Source: Alphaproteobacteria bacterium | Lineage (GTDB): Bacteria; Pseudomonadota; Alphaproteobacteria; UBA828 | DNA length: 64,000 bases | Direction: 5' to 3' | NCBI GenBank assembly: GCA_963422645.2 | Contig: CAXXVO010000011.1 | Coordinates: forward strand, 96,001-160,000 | Part shown: piece after piece, positions 1-11,504 of the stretch | How positions within the stretch are numbered: the first letter of the stretch is position 1 | How the letters are laid out: each line of letters opens with the position of its first letter | Position numbers and translations under genes: made by a program | Notes under the pieces: model-generated | Databases searched by the model: none | Told to the model about the DNA's origin: nothing | The model's input: only the letters and a program-made list of their open reading frames with translations

Positions 1-156
1 GCCCCGTTCGGCCACCGCGGCGAGCGCTTGAGCGAAGCCGCGCGGTGGCTCGACCGCCTGCGCGCGTTCCGCCAGCGCCGCCTGGGAGACGGCCCGCTTT
101 CGCGACGCCACGTGATGGCGCTTGTCGTCGCAGATCTTGGCGAGGACGTCGCTCAT
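1..156 (-). CDS. trpC: indole-3-glycerol phosphate synthase, N-terminal part (runs off the window)
   Basis: ATG at 156 overlaps the trpD stop (ATGA); reads [20 protein letters not shown]...PPRGFAQAL, a typical TrpC N-terminus; trpD-trpC order. Confidence 0.85.
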   Translation of the reverse strand, partial: MSDVLAKICDDKRHHVASRKRAVSQAALAERAQAVEPPRGFAQALAAVAERG

Positions 157-1211
157 CGGCCGGCGGCTCCCTGGGCCTCGGCGCGCGCGCCCCGGCCGCT
201 GATCTCCACGAGCCGGTTGAGCGTGGACTGTGCGTTGCCGCTGTCGATCGCTTCTGCGGCCGTGCGCACGCCCTCCCGCAGATCGCCGGCACGTCCGGCG
301 ACGACGAGCGCCGCGGCGGCATTGAGCAGCACGATATCGCGCGCCGGGCCGGGTTCGCTGGCGAGCACGGCGCGAACGATGCCGGCGTTGTGGGCCGCAT
401 CGCCGCCCTTCAGGTCCTCCGGCGCAGCCCGCGGCAGGCCGGCGCCCTCCGGCGCGACCTCGAAGCGGCGGATCGTGCCGCCGTCCAGTTCCACCACGGC
501 AGTGGGCCCCGTGGTGGTGAGCTCGTCCGTGCCGTCGCTGCCGTGGACGACCCAGACCCGCTCGGAGCCCAGATTGCGCAGCACTTCGGCCATGGGCGCC
601 GTCCACTTGGGGTCGAACACGCCGATCACCTGGCGCTTGGCGCCGGCCGGGTTGGAGAGCGGGCCCAGCAGGTTGAAGACGGTGCGCGTGCCGAGCTCGA
701 CGCGCGTCGGCCCCACGTGGCGCATGGCGCCGTGGTGCCGGGGCGCCATGAGGAAGCCGATGTTGGCCTCCCACAAGGCTTCGCGGACGAGCGCCATGTC
801 CGCGTCGATGGTGACGCCGAGTGCGGCGAGCAGGTCGGCCGAGCCCGAGCGCGAGGAGAGCGCGCGGTTGCCGTGCTTGGCGACCGGCACACCGCAGCCT
901 GCGGCGACGAGCGCTGCGGCGGTCGAAATGTTGAAGGTGCCCTTGGCGTCGCCGCCGGTGCCGCAGGTGTCGATGGCGCCCTCCGGTGCGTCGATGCTGA
1001 GGGCACGGGCGCGCATCGCCTGCGCGCCGCCGGTGATCTCGTCGACCGTCTCGCCCCGCACGCGGAGCGCCATGAGAAAGCCGCCCATCTGCGACGGCGT
1101 CGCTTCGCCTTCCATCATCGCGTCGAAGGCGGTGCGCGACTCTCCGACGGTGAGCGCCGCGCCGCTCGCGACGCGCCCGATGAGCGCCTTGAAGTCGGTC
1201 GAGTCCGTCAT
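153..1211 (-). CDS. trpD: anthranilate phosphoribosyltransferase
   Basis: [28 protein letters not shown] motifs. Confidence 0.97.
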   Translation of the reverse strand: MTDSTDFKALIGRVASGAALTVGESRTAFDAMMEGEATPSQMGGFLMALRVRGETVDEITGGAQAMRARALSIDAPEGAIDTCGTGGDAKGTFNISTAAALVAAGCGVPVAKHGNRALSSRSGSADLLAALGVTIDADMALVREALWEANIGFLMAPRHHGAMRHVGPTRVELGTRTVFNLLGPLSNPAGAKRQVIGVFDPKWTAPMAEVLRNLGSERVWVVHGSDGTDELTTTGPTAVVELDGGTIRRFEVAPEGAGLPRAAPEDLKGGDAAHNAGIVRAVLASEPGPARDIVLLNAAAALVVAGRAGDLREGVRTAAEAIDSGNAQSTLNRLVEISGRGARAEAQGAAGR

Positions 1212-1371
1212 GGAGGTCAGAAGCCCGCTCGCTCGCCCACCGCCAACAGGCGACACCGCCCGGCAAATGCGCCCCGTGTTATAGCCGGTTCTCGGTCAAA
1301 CGCCATGCGGTGCACGATGACGTTCAACGATTGCTCCCGGTCTTCCCTAATGAATCCAGATTTCCGCTAAA

Positions 1372-3890
1372 TTCAGACTTCCTGACCTCGTGATGCTGGC
1401 TGTTCTGGGCAGCGTGCCGGGAACTCCTTGAATTCTGATACATTTCGGTTGTTTCAGGCGGTTTTTCGCTGGGTGTCGCGCCCGAGGTCTGATATTATAA
1501 TTTGATACCAATTGCACGGGGTCTCAACCATGCCCAGTACCCTCCCAATGTGCCCTCCAGAGGCGGTCTCGATCGGCAACAGCTGCTTCGCCGTCCTGAT
1601 CTCGGACGACACCTTCACCTACTTTTCCAACCTCATTCCCTTTGACAGCCACGCCGCCGATGACCGCACGGCCATGCTCTTGCGGATCGGCCGCCTCGCG
1701 GCGATCAGCGCGGTCTCGCCGCAGGAACTGGCTGACGCTTTCGCTGTCTCGCGCGCGACGGTGCAGCGCGCACGACGGCGCTACCTGGCCGAGGGCGAAG
1801 CGGGGTTCATGAAGCCCCGGCGCGGTCGCGGGCCGTCGGTGTTCACTCCGGAGTTGGCGGAGAAGGCGACGGCGTTGCTGGCATCGGGCCTGAGCGGCTC
1901 TGCGGCGGCCCGGGTTCTCGGCGTGTCAGCGCCATCGGTCAACAAGTGGCGCCGTCAGGGACTGATCGGCAACACGGAGGCGGATGGGGAGCCCGGACGC
2001 TCAGCGCTGGCTGCGCCGCCTGACGCGGGTGCGGCTCCTGAAGGCCGTGTCGATGAAGAGAGTACCGGTGCCCCGGGGCCGGAGACGGCGCCGGGGCTGG
2101 AAGCGCAGCCGCAAACGGATCGCAGCGCGCGCGATCGGCGGGACCGGCAGGCGCCGATGGGGCGTGCGACTTGCGATGTTCCGGCTCGGGTTCTGGCCAG
2201 TTGTGGACAGGCGGGGCCGGTCGAACCGCAGTTCGCCGCCGCCGCCCGCGGTGTCCGCTTCGGCGGCGTGCTCGCCGCCCTGCCGGCCCTGCTGAAGGAA
2301 GGTCTTCTCTCCGAGACCGGTCTCCTGCCATTGCTGCCGAAGGGCTATTACGGCTTGCCTACGATCCTGCTCTTCCTGGCCTTCATGACCTTGGCGCGGG
2401 TGCGCAACCCCGAGAGCCTGCGCTACCAGGCGCCGGGCGAATGGGGCGCCATTCTCGGCCTCGATCGCTGCCCCGAGGTCAAGACGCTGCGCCGCAAGAT
2501 CGCTCTCATCGCCGACGACGAGGCCGGCGTGCGGGCGTGGCAGCTCGCCCTTGCCAGGCGCTGGCAGGCGCCGACGAGCCGGAGCTCTGGGCGACGCTGG
2601 CCATCGACGGGCACGTCAAGGTCTACTCCGGCCGCAAGGGGCGCTTGCCCAAGCACTTCGTCTCGCGCGAGAAGCTGTGCCTGCCGGCGAGCGCCAGCTA
2701 CTGGATCAACGCTCTGGGCGGCAAGCCGCTGCTCTGTCTGCACAAGCCGCTGGACCCGAAGATGGTCGCGGCCATCGAAGCCGACGTGGTGCCGGCGCTG
2801 CAGGAGCTTGGGATCGTTGGCGCCGGGGCGCCGGACCTGACCGCCGAGCATCCCGGCCAGCCGGCGCTCACCCTGGTCTTCGACCGCGAGGGCTGGAGCC
2901 CGGATCTGTTCCGCCGGCTGGCGAGGCGCGGCGTCGCCTGCCTGACCTGGCACAAGAACTTCAGGGGCGAGGACTGGCCGGCCGAGGACTTCGGCGCGAT
3001 GACCGTTCCCATTCACGGACCGGCGGCGGACGGCAGCGCCACCATGCGGCTGGCTGAGAAGCCGGTGACGTTGCCGAACGGCTTCAGGGTGCGCCAGATC
3101 CGCCGCCTGCTCGACAACGGCCGTCAGGTGCCGCTGATCACCACCGATCCGCACAAGCCGATGGCTGAGGTTGCGGGCGCCATGTTCTCGCGCTGGTCGC
3201 AGGAGAACTTCTTCAAGTACATGCGTGACGAGTTCAATCTCGACGCCCTGCCGACCCACGAGCTCGAGCCTCTCGATCCCGCCGCCATGGTCGTCAACCC
3301 GCTGCGGCGGGCCTATGACAAGGCAATCCATCGCCTCGACCGCCAGCTTGGCCGCCTGCGCAACCGCATCGCCGACACGGCCCGGAAGAAGCAGCCGACG
3401 GCGGAACTCAGGAGGGAAGTCAGGGACCTCCAGGATGTCCGCGACATCGTCAGGGCCAGCCGCAGGGAGACGCCCAAGCACTGCCGGGCCGGCGACCTCG
3501 ACGAAGCCGAGCAGCTCGATGCCTTGCCCGCGCGCGAGCGCCTCCTCCTCGACGTCATCCGGATGATCGCCTACCGCGCCGAAACCCGCATGATGCTTCC
3601 CGTCATGCAGGCGCAGGGCCACAAGCCCCATCCCCGGAAACTGCTTCAAGCGCTGCTCACCGCCGATGCCGACATCCTGCCGGATCCTGGCAATGGCCTC
3701 CTGCGGGTCCACATTCTTGGCCTCGCAAACGACGCCTGCGACCGTTGGATCGATGCGGTTCTGAGCGACCTGAACGCCACCGAAACGGTCTTCCCCGGCA
3801 CCCGTCTGCGCATAGTCTACGACATCGACGGGGCCTCGGAATCCGCGCGGCTCGTGTCACCTAAAATCAGCAGAGGTCAGGAAGTCTGAA
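1372..3890 (+). mobile_element. insertion sequence, unclassified DDE-type, 18-bp terminal inverted repeats
   Basis: TTCAGACTTCCTGACCTC at 1372 and GAGGTCAGGAAGTCTGAA ending 3890; encloses a transposase; no target duplication visible. Confidence 0.85.
1530..3889 (+). pseudogene. transposase (N-terminal HTH + DDE-like), frameshifted near 2570
   Basis: ORFs 1512-2840 and 2171-3889 join at CAGGCGCCGAC (extra GC); IDGHVKVY, VFDREG, RWSQENFFK motifs; stop lies inside the right IR. Confidence 0.8.
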
Positions 3891-4575
3891 CCTTGGGCGG
3901 AGAAATCGTATCTTCACCCCAATAGTCCAAGTAGCGCTCGACATCGACGTTGCCTATCTTGAACATCATTGTCGGGTTCTGGATGACGCCGTTGTTGCCC
4001 TTGGTCGTGTGCAGACCCATCTTGAAGACGGCATCGGCATCGCCGCTGGCGTCGACGACCCGCTCGGCGCTCACTCTGGTGTAGCCGGACTTGGTGTGGA
4101 GAACGAGACCGGCAAGGGCGTCGTCCGCCATGATCACGTCGATCATCTGGGTATGGTAAAGGGCATCGACACCCGCACTCCGCACCAAATCAGTGGCGAC
4201 TCGCTTGTATGTGGCGCAGTCGTGCGTGACGACCCAGGTCTTGCCGTAGATCTGCGGCCGGGTGACGCCTCCCTCCGCGTCGAGCGCCGCGCGAAAGCGC
4301 TCGGCAAACCCGAAGATGACCTGCTGCGGCTGCGCCATGCGCGGCTCCTCGACCGTCATGTAGAGGCCGCAAACGGTGCCCGACATGCCGGAGACCGCAG
4401 CGCCGCCGCAATAGCCCAGACGCTCGATCAGGAGCGTCTTGTGTCCCAGCTCGGCGGCGGTTGTGGATGCGGCGATCCCGGCAGGGCCGCCACCGACGAC
4501 CACCACGTCGTAGTGGCCGAAGTGGGGCACGTCCTCGAAGGCGGCGGCGCCCAGACGGCCGAGAAACCGCTCCAT
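3891..4575 (-). pseudogene. FAD-dependent oxidoreductase, 3'-truncated by the IS
   Basis: YDVVVVGGGPAG, VVDASGDAD motifs; frame runs into the IS end and no continuation is found on the other side. Confidence 0.8.
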
Positions 4576-4737
4576 GCCGGCAACTCCAGAGAGAAGGCGG
4601 CGCATTTGGCGCACGGTTGTCGCACGCGCGCAACCGAATTCCAGACCCTTCCTCCTGTCGCCGATTGCGGTCCGCGCCGTTATCCTTCACCAGCGTGTAT
4701 TCGACGGGCCGCGCGCCCCTCGGCGATGGGTGGTCAC

Positions 4738-6783
4738 ATGTCTCAGACGGCGCCGCTTCCCGATGACACCACGAGCGATCCGCTGCTGCGGCCCTTCAGG
4801 CTGAAGCACCTCACGCTCAAGAACCGCATCATGAGTACCAGCCACGCCTGCGGGCTCGTCGAAGACGGCATGCCGAGCGAGCGCTACCAGCGCTATCACG
4901 AGGCGAAGGCGAGGGGCGGGCTGGCGCTCACCATGTTCGGCGGCTCGTCCAACGTCTCGCCCGAATCCGCGTGGCAGCTACCGCAAATCAACCTCTACGA
5001 TGAGCGCGTCGTCGAGCATTTCCAACGGTTCTCGGGGCGCATCCACGCCCACGGCGCCGCCCTGATGTGCCAGGTGAGCCACGTTGGCGGGCGGGGCGAG
5101 CCTTATGCAGGAGCGGCGTTGGCGCCCATCGGCCCGTCGCCCGTGCGCGAGACCCTGCACCGAGCCTTCGCCAGTGAGATGGACGAGCGCGACATCGCGC
5201 GCGTTGTGGCCGACTTCGCCGAGGCTGCGTCGCGGTGCAAGGAGGGCGGTCTCGACGGCATCGAGACCTTCGCCGGCGCCCATCTCATCGGCCAGTTTCT
5301 CTCGCCCGCAACCAATCGGCGCAGCGACAAGTTCGGCGGCTCGGTCGAGAACCGCTGCCGCTTCGGGCTGATGGTGCACGAAGCGATCCGCAAGCGCGTG
5401 GGCGACGACTTCATCGTCGGCATCCGCTTCGTCATCGACGAGGCGGGCCCCCACCACATCGCGTTCGAGGAGGGCCTGAAGATCGCCGCCATCTTCGAGG
5501 CGTCGGGCACCATCGATTTCTTCAACGCGATCTACGGCCGCATCGACACGGAACTCAAGCTCGCGGTGGACTGCATGCCGGGCATGGCTTCGCCCGAGGC
5601 GCCCTTCCTGGCCCGCGCCGGGGCCTTCAAGCAGGCGGTGGGGCTCCCGGTCTTCCACGCCACCCGAATCACCTCGCTGGAGACGGCGCGGCGCGCGATC
5701 CGCGACGGGCTGCTCGATATGGTGGCAATGACCCGTGCGCACATCGCCGACCCCGAGCTGGTCGCCAAGCTCGCCCGCGGCGAGGAGGCGCGCGTGCGCC
5801 CCTGTGTCGGCGCGACCCATTGCATGAGCCCGCTGCGCCCGACCTGCATTCACAATCCGTCCACCGGCCACGAAGGGGCGTTGCCGCACGCGATCGAGCC
5901 GGCGGAGAAGCGACTCTCCGTGCTCGTTGCGGGCGGCGGGCCGGCCGGGCTGGAGGCCGCGCGGGTCTGCGCCGAGCGCGGCCACGATGTGCGGTTGTGC
6001 GAGGCCTCGGAGAGGCTCGGCGGGCAAGTGCTGCTGGCCGCGCAGGCAAGCTGGCGCAGCGAACTTGCGGGGATCGTCGAGTGGCGAGTCCGCGAGCTGG
6101 AGCGGCTCGGAGTCGATCAACGTCTCAACTGCTCCGTCGAACCCGCTTCGGTCGAGAACGATGCCGATATCGTCATTGTCGCGACCGGCGGCGTTCCCGA
6201 TCTCGACTGGATCGAGGGTGCGCAGCACTGCACCAGCGTCTGGGATGTCCTCACGGGCGCGGCGAGCGCAGCCGAGGATTCGATCGTCTACGACGGGACC
6301 GGCCGTCACGCAGCGCTCACGGCGGCCGAGGCGATCCGGCAAGCTGGCGGAGAGGTCGCGTTCTTTGGCCTCGATGGGCACCTCGCGATGGAGATGTCCT
6401 ACGCGGAACAGGTCATCTGGCGCCGGCGCACCTACGAGATCGGCATCCAGCCAAAGTTCGACCGGCGCCTGGAGCGCGTCGAACGCGAGGGCAACCGGCT
6501 GCGCGCGACCTTTCGCAACGAGCTCACCGACGAAGTGGAGGAACACGAGACTGGCCGGATCGTGGTCGAGCACGGGACGCGCCCGGCCGACGCGCTCTTT
6601 CAGGGCCTCGTGGATCGCTCCTCGAACCGTGGCGTGGTCCATCAACGGGCTCTGCTCGCGGGCGTGCCGCAGCCCGAGAGCGGAAGCGACGGGTTTGCGC
6701 TCTTCCGCATCGGCGACGCTGTCTCCAGCCGCAATATCTACGCCGCGGTGCTCGACGCGTTCCGTCTCTGCCGCACCTTGTAG
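4738..6783 (+). CDS. NADH:flavin oxidoreductase (old yellow enzyme/TMADH-like; N-methylproline demethylase/DgcA-type)
   Basis: LKNRIMSTSH, HLIGQFLSPATNRRSDKFGGS, CVGATHC, VAGGGPAGLEAAR motifs. Confidence 0.88.
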   Translation: MSQTAPLPDDTTSDPLLRPFRLKHLTLKNRIMSTSHACGLVEDGMPSERYQRYHEAKARGGLALTMFGGSSNVSPESAWQLPQINLYDERVVEHFQRFSGRIHAHGAALMCQVSHVGGRGEPYAGAALAPIGPSPVRETLHRAFASEMDERDIARVVADFAEAASRCKEGGLDGIETFAGAHLIGQFLSPATNRRSDKFGGSVENRCRFGLMVHEAIRKRVGDDFIVGIRFVIDEAGPHHIAFEEGLKIAAIFEASGTIDFFNAIYGRIDTELKLAVDCMPGMASPEAPFLARAGAFKQAVGLPVFHATRITSLETARRAIRDGLLDMVAMTRAHIADPELVAKLARGEEARVRPCVGATHCMSPLRPTCIHNPSTGHEGALPHAIEPAEKRLSVLVAGGGPAGLEAARVCAERGHDVRLCEASERLGGQVLLAAQASWRSELAGIVEWRVRELERLGVDQRLNCSVEPASVENDADIVIVATGGVPDLDWIEGAQHCTSVWDVLTGAASAAEDSIVYDGTGRHAALTAAEAIRQAGGEVAFFGLDGHLAMEMSYAEQVIWRRRTYEIGIQPKFDRRLERVEREGNRLRATFRNELTDEVEEHETGRIVVEHGTRPADALFQGLVDRSSNRGVVHQRALLAGVPQPESGSDGFALFRIGDAVSSRNIYAAVLDAFRLCRTL

Positions 6784-6784
6784 G

Positions 6785-6812
6785 CGGCGGGGGAGGGTTC
6801 AACCCCACCGCC
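6785..6812. terminator. GC-rich hairpin between convergent genes
   Basis: CGGCGG-GGAGGGTTCAACCCCA-CCGCCG between stops at 6783 and 6821. Confidence 0.45.
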
Positions 6813-6820
6813 GATGCCCG

Positions 6821-9199
6821 TTACGGAGACGCGCGGGCGGCGCGCCGGCCACGCACGAGTTGCGACAGGAAGACCAGGCCCAGCAGCGCCAGACCGGCGG
6901 GATAGATCAGCTCCTTGGGCGGCAGGTCCGTCTGCTCCACGTCCACGCCCGTGACGTAGTCGCCCCAGTCGATGCCCGCCTGCTCCGCCATGCCGTTGAA
7001 GGCGAGGTCGACCACGGCGTAGCGGCCATCCTCCTCCCGCTCCAGCCCGACCCCGAAGGTCTCCGCCGGCGTCGCTGCCTGGTCCGCCGGAGTTTCCATG
7101 ACGAACAGCTTGTAGCGCTCGCCGTAGTCGGTCTCCCGCGTGACGTGGAGGCGGACCTGGCGGCCGGGATCGGGCGTGAACTCGCCGGAGGCGAAGGCCT
7201 GGTACGCGACCGGCTCGAAGGGCGGCACGATGTGGTCCATGAAGAAGCCGGGGCGGAACAACATGAAGCACGCTGCGGCGAGCAGAAGCGCCTCGTACCA
7301 GCGCACCTTGACGAACATCCATCCCTGGGTGAGCGAGCTGAAGGCGAGGATCGCGAGCAGCGACATGACTGCCACCAGGGCACCGTGCCAGATGCTCTCG
7401 ACACCGATCAGCAGCAGCTCCGTGTTGAACAGGAAGACCAGCGGCAGGATGGCAGTGCGGATGTCGTACATGAAAGACTGTACGCCGGTCTTCAGCGGAT
7501 CCGCCCTGGATATGGCCGAAGCCGCGAAGGCGGCAAGGCAGACGGGTGGCGTCGAGTCCGCCAGCAAGCCGTAATAGAAGACGTAGAGGTGGACGGCGAT
7601 CAGCGGCAGGACAAGACCCGATGCATTGCCCAACTCCACGAGCACGCCGGCCAGCAGGGAGGCGACCACGAGGTAGTTGGCGGTCGTCGGCAGGCCCATG
7701 CCGAGGATGATGCAGAGGATGGCAGTCAGCCCGAGCAGGATGTAAACGTTGCCGCCGGCGATCGATTCGACGACGCCCACCATCGCGTTGTTGAGGCCGG
7801 TGGACGAGACCGCGCCGACGATGATGCCGGCGGCGGCGACGGCAACGGCGATACCCACCATGTTGCGCGCGCCTGCGACCATGCCGATGTAGATCTCGGT
7901 AAAGCCGTCGCGTAGCGCCTCGACCATCGGCTGGCCGCCGCCGCGGATCGACGCGATGATTCGCCTGACGACGATGATCACCATCACCGAGAGGATCGAA
8001 TAGAAGACTGCGCTGTGCGCGCTCCAGCGCTCGACCATCAGCAGATAGACCAGAATGAAGATGGGTATCAGGTGATGGGCGCCGCTGAGGAAGGTCGTGC
8101 GAAACGGCGGGATTTCGGCCCGGGGCAGGCCGGAGAGGCCGAGCTTCTTGGCTTCCAGGTGGGAGATGTAGAGCAGCGCGATATAGCTGAGCACGGCGGG
8201 AATCGCCGCGGCCTTGACCACCTCGAAATAGGAAATGCCGATGAACTCGGCGATGATGAAGGCGGCCGCACCCATGATCGGCGGCATGAGCTGGCCGTTG
8301 GTGGACGCCGCGACCTCGATGGCGCCGGCCTTCACCGCAGGCATGCCGATCCGCCGCATGACGGGGATGGTGAAGGTGCCGGTGGTGACGACATTGGCGA
8401 TGGACGAGCCGGAGACCATGCCGGTCATGCCGGACGCCAGGATCGCCGCCTTGGCCGGCCCCCCGGTGTAGCGCCCCACCATGGCGAAGGAGAGCGCAAG
8501 GAAATATTGCCCCGCTCCGGCCTTGTCGAGCAGGGAGCCGAAGAGCACGAACAGGAACACGAAACTGACCGAGACGCTGAGCGGAATGCCGAAGATCGCC
8601 TCGCCCGTGAGCCACTGATAGCCGATCAGCCGGTTCAGACTCAGCCCCTTGTGAGAGACGATGTCCGGCATCGACTGGCCGAAGATCGAGTAGACGAGGA
8701 AGACCGCGCAGACGATGACGAGCGGTATCCCGATTGCCCGCCGCGTCGCGTCGAGCAGCAGCAGGATGCCGACACCGCCGAGGATGGCTTCGACTGGGAT
8801 GCCGTTCCAGACGTAGAGAAGCCCGTGACGGGAGACGAGACCGTCCCAGCCGAAGAAGAGGTAGAGGGCGGCGATGCAGCCGACGAGCGCGCAGGCGATG
8901 TCCCACGGCGGCAAGCCGCGCTCGCTCCAGCGGCGTGTCATCGGGTACATCAGGAAGCAGAGCAGCATCGCGATCGACAGATGAATGCCGCGTGCCGGCA
9001 CGTCGCCAATAATGGCGAAATCGAACATGAAGGGCAGAGGCGAGGCGATCCAGAGCTGGTAGACCGACCACAGGAAGCAAAGCAGGCTTATGAGCAATGC
9101 CAGGCGCGGCCCCTGCCGGCGCCCCTGGTACTCGACCTTCTCCAGAGTCTCTTGAACTTCAGCGGGCGTGGCCGCCGCGCTTGGCTCACTATTCGTCAC
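6821..9199 (-). CDS. TRAP transporter fused 4TM/12TM permease (TAXI-type)
   Basis: GGPAKAA, SGSSIANVVTTG, ASTNGQLMPPIMGAAAF, GMGLPTTANY. Confidence 0.95.
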   Translation of the reverse strand: MTNSEPSAAATPAEVQETLEKVEYQGRRQGPRLALLISLLCFLWSVYQLWIASPLPFMFDFAIIGDVPARGIHLSIAMLLCFLMYPMTRRWSERGLPPWDIACALVGCIAALYLFFGWDGLVSRHGLLYVWNGIPVEAILGGVGILLLLDATRRAIGIPLVIVCAVFLVYSIFGQSMPDIVSHKGLSLNRLIGYQWLTGEAIFGIPLSVSVSFVFLFVLFGSLLDKAGAGQYFLALSFAMVGRYTGGPAKAAILASGMTGMVSGSSIANVVTTGTFTIPVMRRIGMPAVKAGAIEVAASTNGQLMPPIMGAAAFIIAEFIGISYFEVVKAAAIPAVLSYIALLYISHLEAKKLGLSGLPRAEIPPFRTTFLSGAHHLIPIFILVYLLMVERWSAHSAVFYSILSVMVIIVVRRIIASIRGGGQPMVEALRDGFTEIYIGMVAGARNMVGIAVAVAAAGIIVGAVSSTGLNNAMVGVVESIAGGNVYILLGLTAILCIILGMGLPTTANYLVVASLLAGVLVELGNASGLVLPLIAVHLYVFYYGLLADSTPPVCLAAFAASAISRADPLKTGVQSFMYDIRTAILPLVFLFNTELLLIGVESIWHGALVAVMSLLAILAFSSLTQGWMFVKVRWYEALLLAAACFMLFRPGFFMDHIVPPFEPVAYQAFASGEFTPDPGRQVRLHVTRETDYGERYKLFVMETPADQAATPAETFGVGLEREEDGRYAVVDLAFNGMAEQAGIDWGDYVTGVDVEQTDLPPKELIYPAGLALLGLVFLSQLVRGRRAARASP

Positions 9200-9262
9200 G
9201 GGCGCCCCTGTCCGGCGCGTGCGTCCCTTTGCGTTGTCCGCCTCGGGACAATCTGAAAGCGA

Positions 9263-9294
9263 ACGGCCGGCACCTGTTCAGGGGTGCCGGCCGT
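9263..9294 (-). terminator. intergenic 12-bp stem-loop after the binding-protein gene
   Basis: ACGGCCGGCACC...GGTGCCGGCCGT. Confidence 0.55.
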
Positions 9295-9308
9295 CATGAT
9301 CGCGAGGG

Positions 9309-10310
9309 CTACATCCAGCCCTGTTCCGCGTAGTACTTCGCCGCGCCCGGATGAATCGGCGCGGACAGACCGTTCTTGATCATGTTGGCGGGATCGAGGT
9401 TGGCGAAGGCGGGATGCAGCGACCTGAAGTCGTCCAGGTTCTCCATCACCGCGCGGGTGACCTCGTAGACCACATCTTCGGGAACGTTCTCGTGGCTGAC
9501 GAAGGTCGCCATCACGCCGAAGGTCGTCACGTCGCTGGTTGTGGTCTTGTAGGTGCCGGCCGGGATCGTGGTGAAGGCATAGTAGGGATTCTCGGCCACC
9601 AGCTTCTGCTCGACCTCACCGTTCAGGTTGACGATGTAGGCATCGCAGCCGTCGGTCGCCACGGACACGCCGGCATTGGGCACGCCAACCGTGTAGCCGT
9701 AGGCGTCGATCTTGCCGTCGCAGAGTGCCTGGGACTGCTCAGTCGAGGTCAGCTCCGTCGCCGCCGCGAAGTCGTCGGCGGTGATGCCGTAGCCTTCCAT
9801 CAGCACCTCGGTCGTGCCGCGCTGGCCGGAGCCGGGATTGCCGATGTTCACCCGCATCCCCTTCGTCTCGGTGAAGGAGCCGATCTCTGTGCCCGCGCCG
9901 GCAATCAGGTGGAAGGGTTCGCCGTGCGCGGAGAAGACTGCGCGCAGGCCGGGGCAGTTCGTGACCTTTTCGGAACTGCCGTTGACGGCATGGAACTGCC
10001 AGTCCGACTGGGCGACGCCGAAGTCGAGCTCGCCCTGGCAGATCTGGCCGATGTTGTAGGTCGAACCGCCGGTAGACGGAGCGGCGCAGCGGATGCCGTG
10101 CTTGCGGCCCGACTTGCGGCCCTCGGCGGCCTCCTTGTGGACCATGCGGCAGACCGAGTTGCCGACCACGAAATAAACGCCGGTCGGGCCGCCGGTCCCG
10201 ATGGAGATGAACCTCTTCTCCTGCGCGCTCGCCTCGTTGGCGGCGCTGAAGGTCGCGCCCATAAGGGCGACGGCGGCCAGCGCGCATGTGGTGAGTCTGA
10301 GTAGCGTCAT
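9309..10310 (-). CDS. TAXI family TRAP solute-binding protein
   Basis: signal peptide; IGTGGPTGVY, AQSDWQ, NIGNPGSGQR, PIHPGA motifs. Confidence 0.95.
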   Translation of the reverse strand: MTLLRLTTCALAAVALMGATFSAANEASAQEKRFISIGTGGPTGVYFVVGNSVCRMVHKEAAEGRKSGRKHGIRCAAPSTGGSTYNIGQICQGELDFGVAQSDWQFHAVNGSSEKVTNCPGLRAVFSAHGEPFHLIAGAGTEIGSFTETKGMRVNIGNPGSGQRGTTEVLMEGYGITADDFAAATELTSTEQSQALCDGKIDAYGYTVGVPNAGVSVATDGCDAYIVNLNGEVEQKLVAENPYYAFTTIPAGTYKTTTSDVTTFGVMATFVSHENVPEDVVYEVTRAVMENLDDFRSLHPAFANLDPANMIKNGLSAPIHPGAAKYYAEQGWM

Positions 10311-10493
10311 AGTCTGTCCTCCCTGAGAGTGCGGAGTTGGAATATTACACGTCAATGCGGGCCAGATACATGCTAACGATTAATGGTAACTACCCAGGTA
10401 CCCCGCCGCCAGTTCTGAGTGCGTGCTGATGTTGCTTGCCGTCGGTGCCGTTTCGCCGTCGGCGCGTCGTTGATCCCCGCTTGACTGTATAGG

Positions 10494-10573
10494 TTCAGAC
10501 TTCCTGACCTCTGCTGATTTTAGGTGACACGAGCCGCGCGGATTCCGAGGCCCCGTCGATGTCGTAGACTATG
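10494..10573 (-). mobile_element. 80-bp right-end remnant of the 1372-3890 element
   Basis: exact reverse complement of 3811-3890. Confidence 0.92.
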
Positions 10574-10775
10574 TGTCAATCGGCTTTCAATACTGACCCC
10601 CGATCGGCGTGCAAAATTGCCCCCCCTGAGTGGCACGGCGGAGGTTGTCCCGGTAGCCAATAGGGGGGACCCGCGCGGCTTCGTGTGGCGCCCTGCGCTA
10701 CGCGGAGCGAAGCCGCGTGGGGGGTCCCTGTTGGCCCACCGGGGCAACCGGGCCGCAAGGGAGGCCGGCGGCGGG

Positions 10776-11504
10776 TCAGGAGCGGTTCTTGAAGCGCCAG
10801 CTCTCGTTGCCGGTCTCGATGATCTCGCAATGATGGGTGAGGCGATCGAGCAGCGCTGTGGTCATCTTGGGGTCGCCGAAGACGGATGGCCATTCGCCGA
10901 AGGCGAGGTTTGTGGTGATGACGATCGAGGTGCGCTCGTAGAGCCGGCTCATCAGATGGAAGAGCAGCTGCCCACCGGCCTGGGCGAAGGGCAGGTAGCC
11001 GAGCTCGTCGAGGATGACGAAGTCGCGGCGGACGAGCTGGTCTGCAGTGCGGCCCTGGCGTCCGGCGCGAAGCTCGGCCTCGAGGAGGTTGACCAGGTCG
11101 ACGACGTTGTAGCACCGGCCGCGCGCGCCCTTGCGGATGCAGGACCGCGCGATGGCGACGGCGAGATGGGTCTTGCCGGTACCGGTGCCGCCGACCAGCA
11201 CGATGTTGCGTTTGCCCTCGAGGAAGCCGCCGCCGGCGAGCTCCTGGATCAGGGGCTCGTTGACCGGCGAGGCGGCGAAGTCGAAGTCGGCCAGCTCCTT
11301 GACCGTCGGCAGCTTGGCGGAGGCCATCTGGTACTTGATCGAGCGGGCCCTCTTGTCGGCGATCTCGACCTGCAGCAGCGTACCGATGATCTGTTGCACC
11401 GGATGGCGGCGCTTGAGCCCGTCGGCAAGGATGTCGTCGTAAGCGGCGCGCATACCTGCGAGCTTCAGCTGGGTCATCATCTCCAGCACATCATGACGCT
11501 CCAT
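10776..11504 (-). CDS. istB: IS21 helper ATPase IstB
   Basis: GGTGTGKTH Walker [25 protein letters not shown]. Confidence 0.96.
   Translation of the reverse strand: MERHDVLEMMTQLKLAGMRAAYDDILADGLKRRHPVQQIIGTLLQVEIADKRARSIKYQMASAKLPTVKELADFDFAASPVNEPLIQELAGGGFLEGKRNIVLVGGTGTGKTHLAVAIARSCIRKGARGRCYNVVDLVNLLEAELRAGRQGRTADQLVRRDFVILDELGYLPFAQAGGQLLFHLMSRLYERTSIVITTNLAFGEWPSVFGDPKMTTALLDRLTHHCEIIETGNESWRFKNRS

Noticed and set aside
1282-1369. TA-flanked 88-bp segment with weak terminal symmetry (possible MITE)
   Set aside because: Inverted repeat too degenerate and no second copy in the window
28-1370. Long ORFs antisense to trpD, and similar shadow ORFs throughout (e.g. 22430-24970, 50161-52695, 57082-59199)
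   Set aside because: Opposite-strand or off-frame shadows of recognisable genes in high-GC DNA; Arg/Ala/Pro-rich with no motifs
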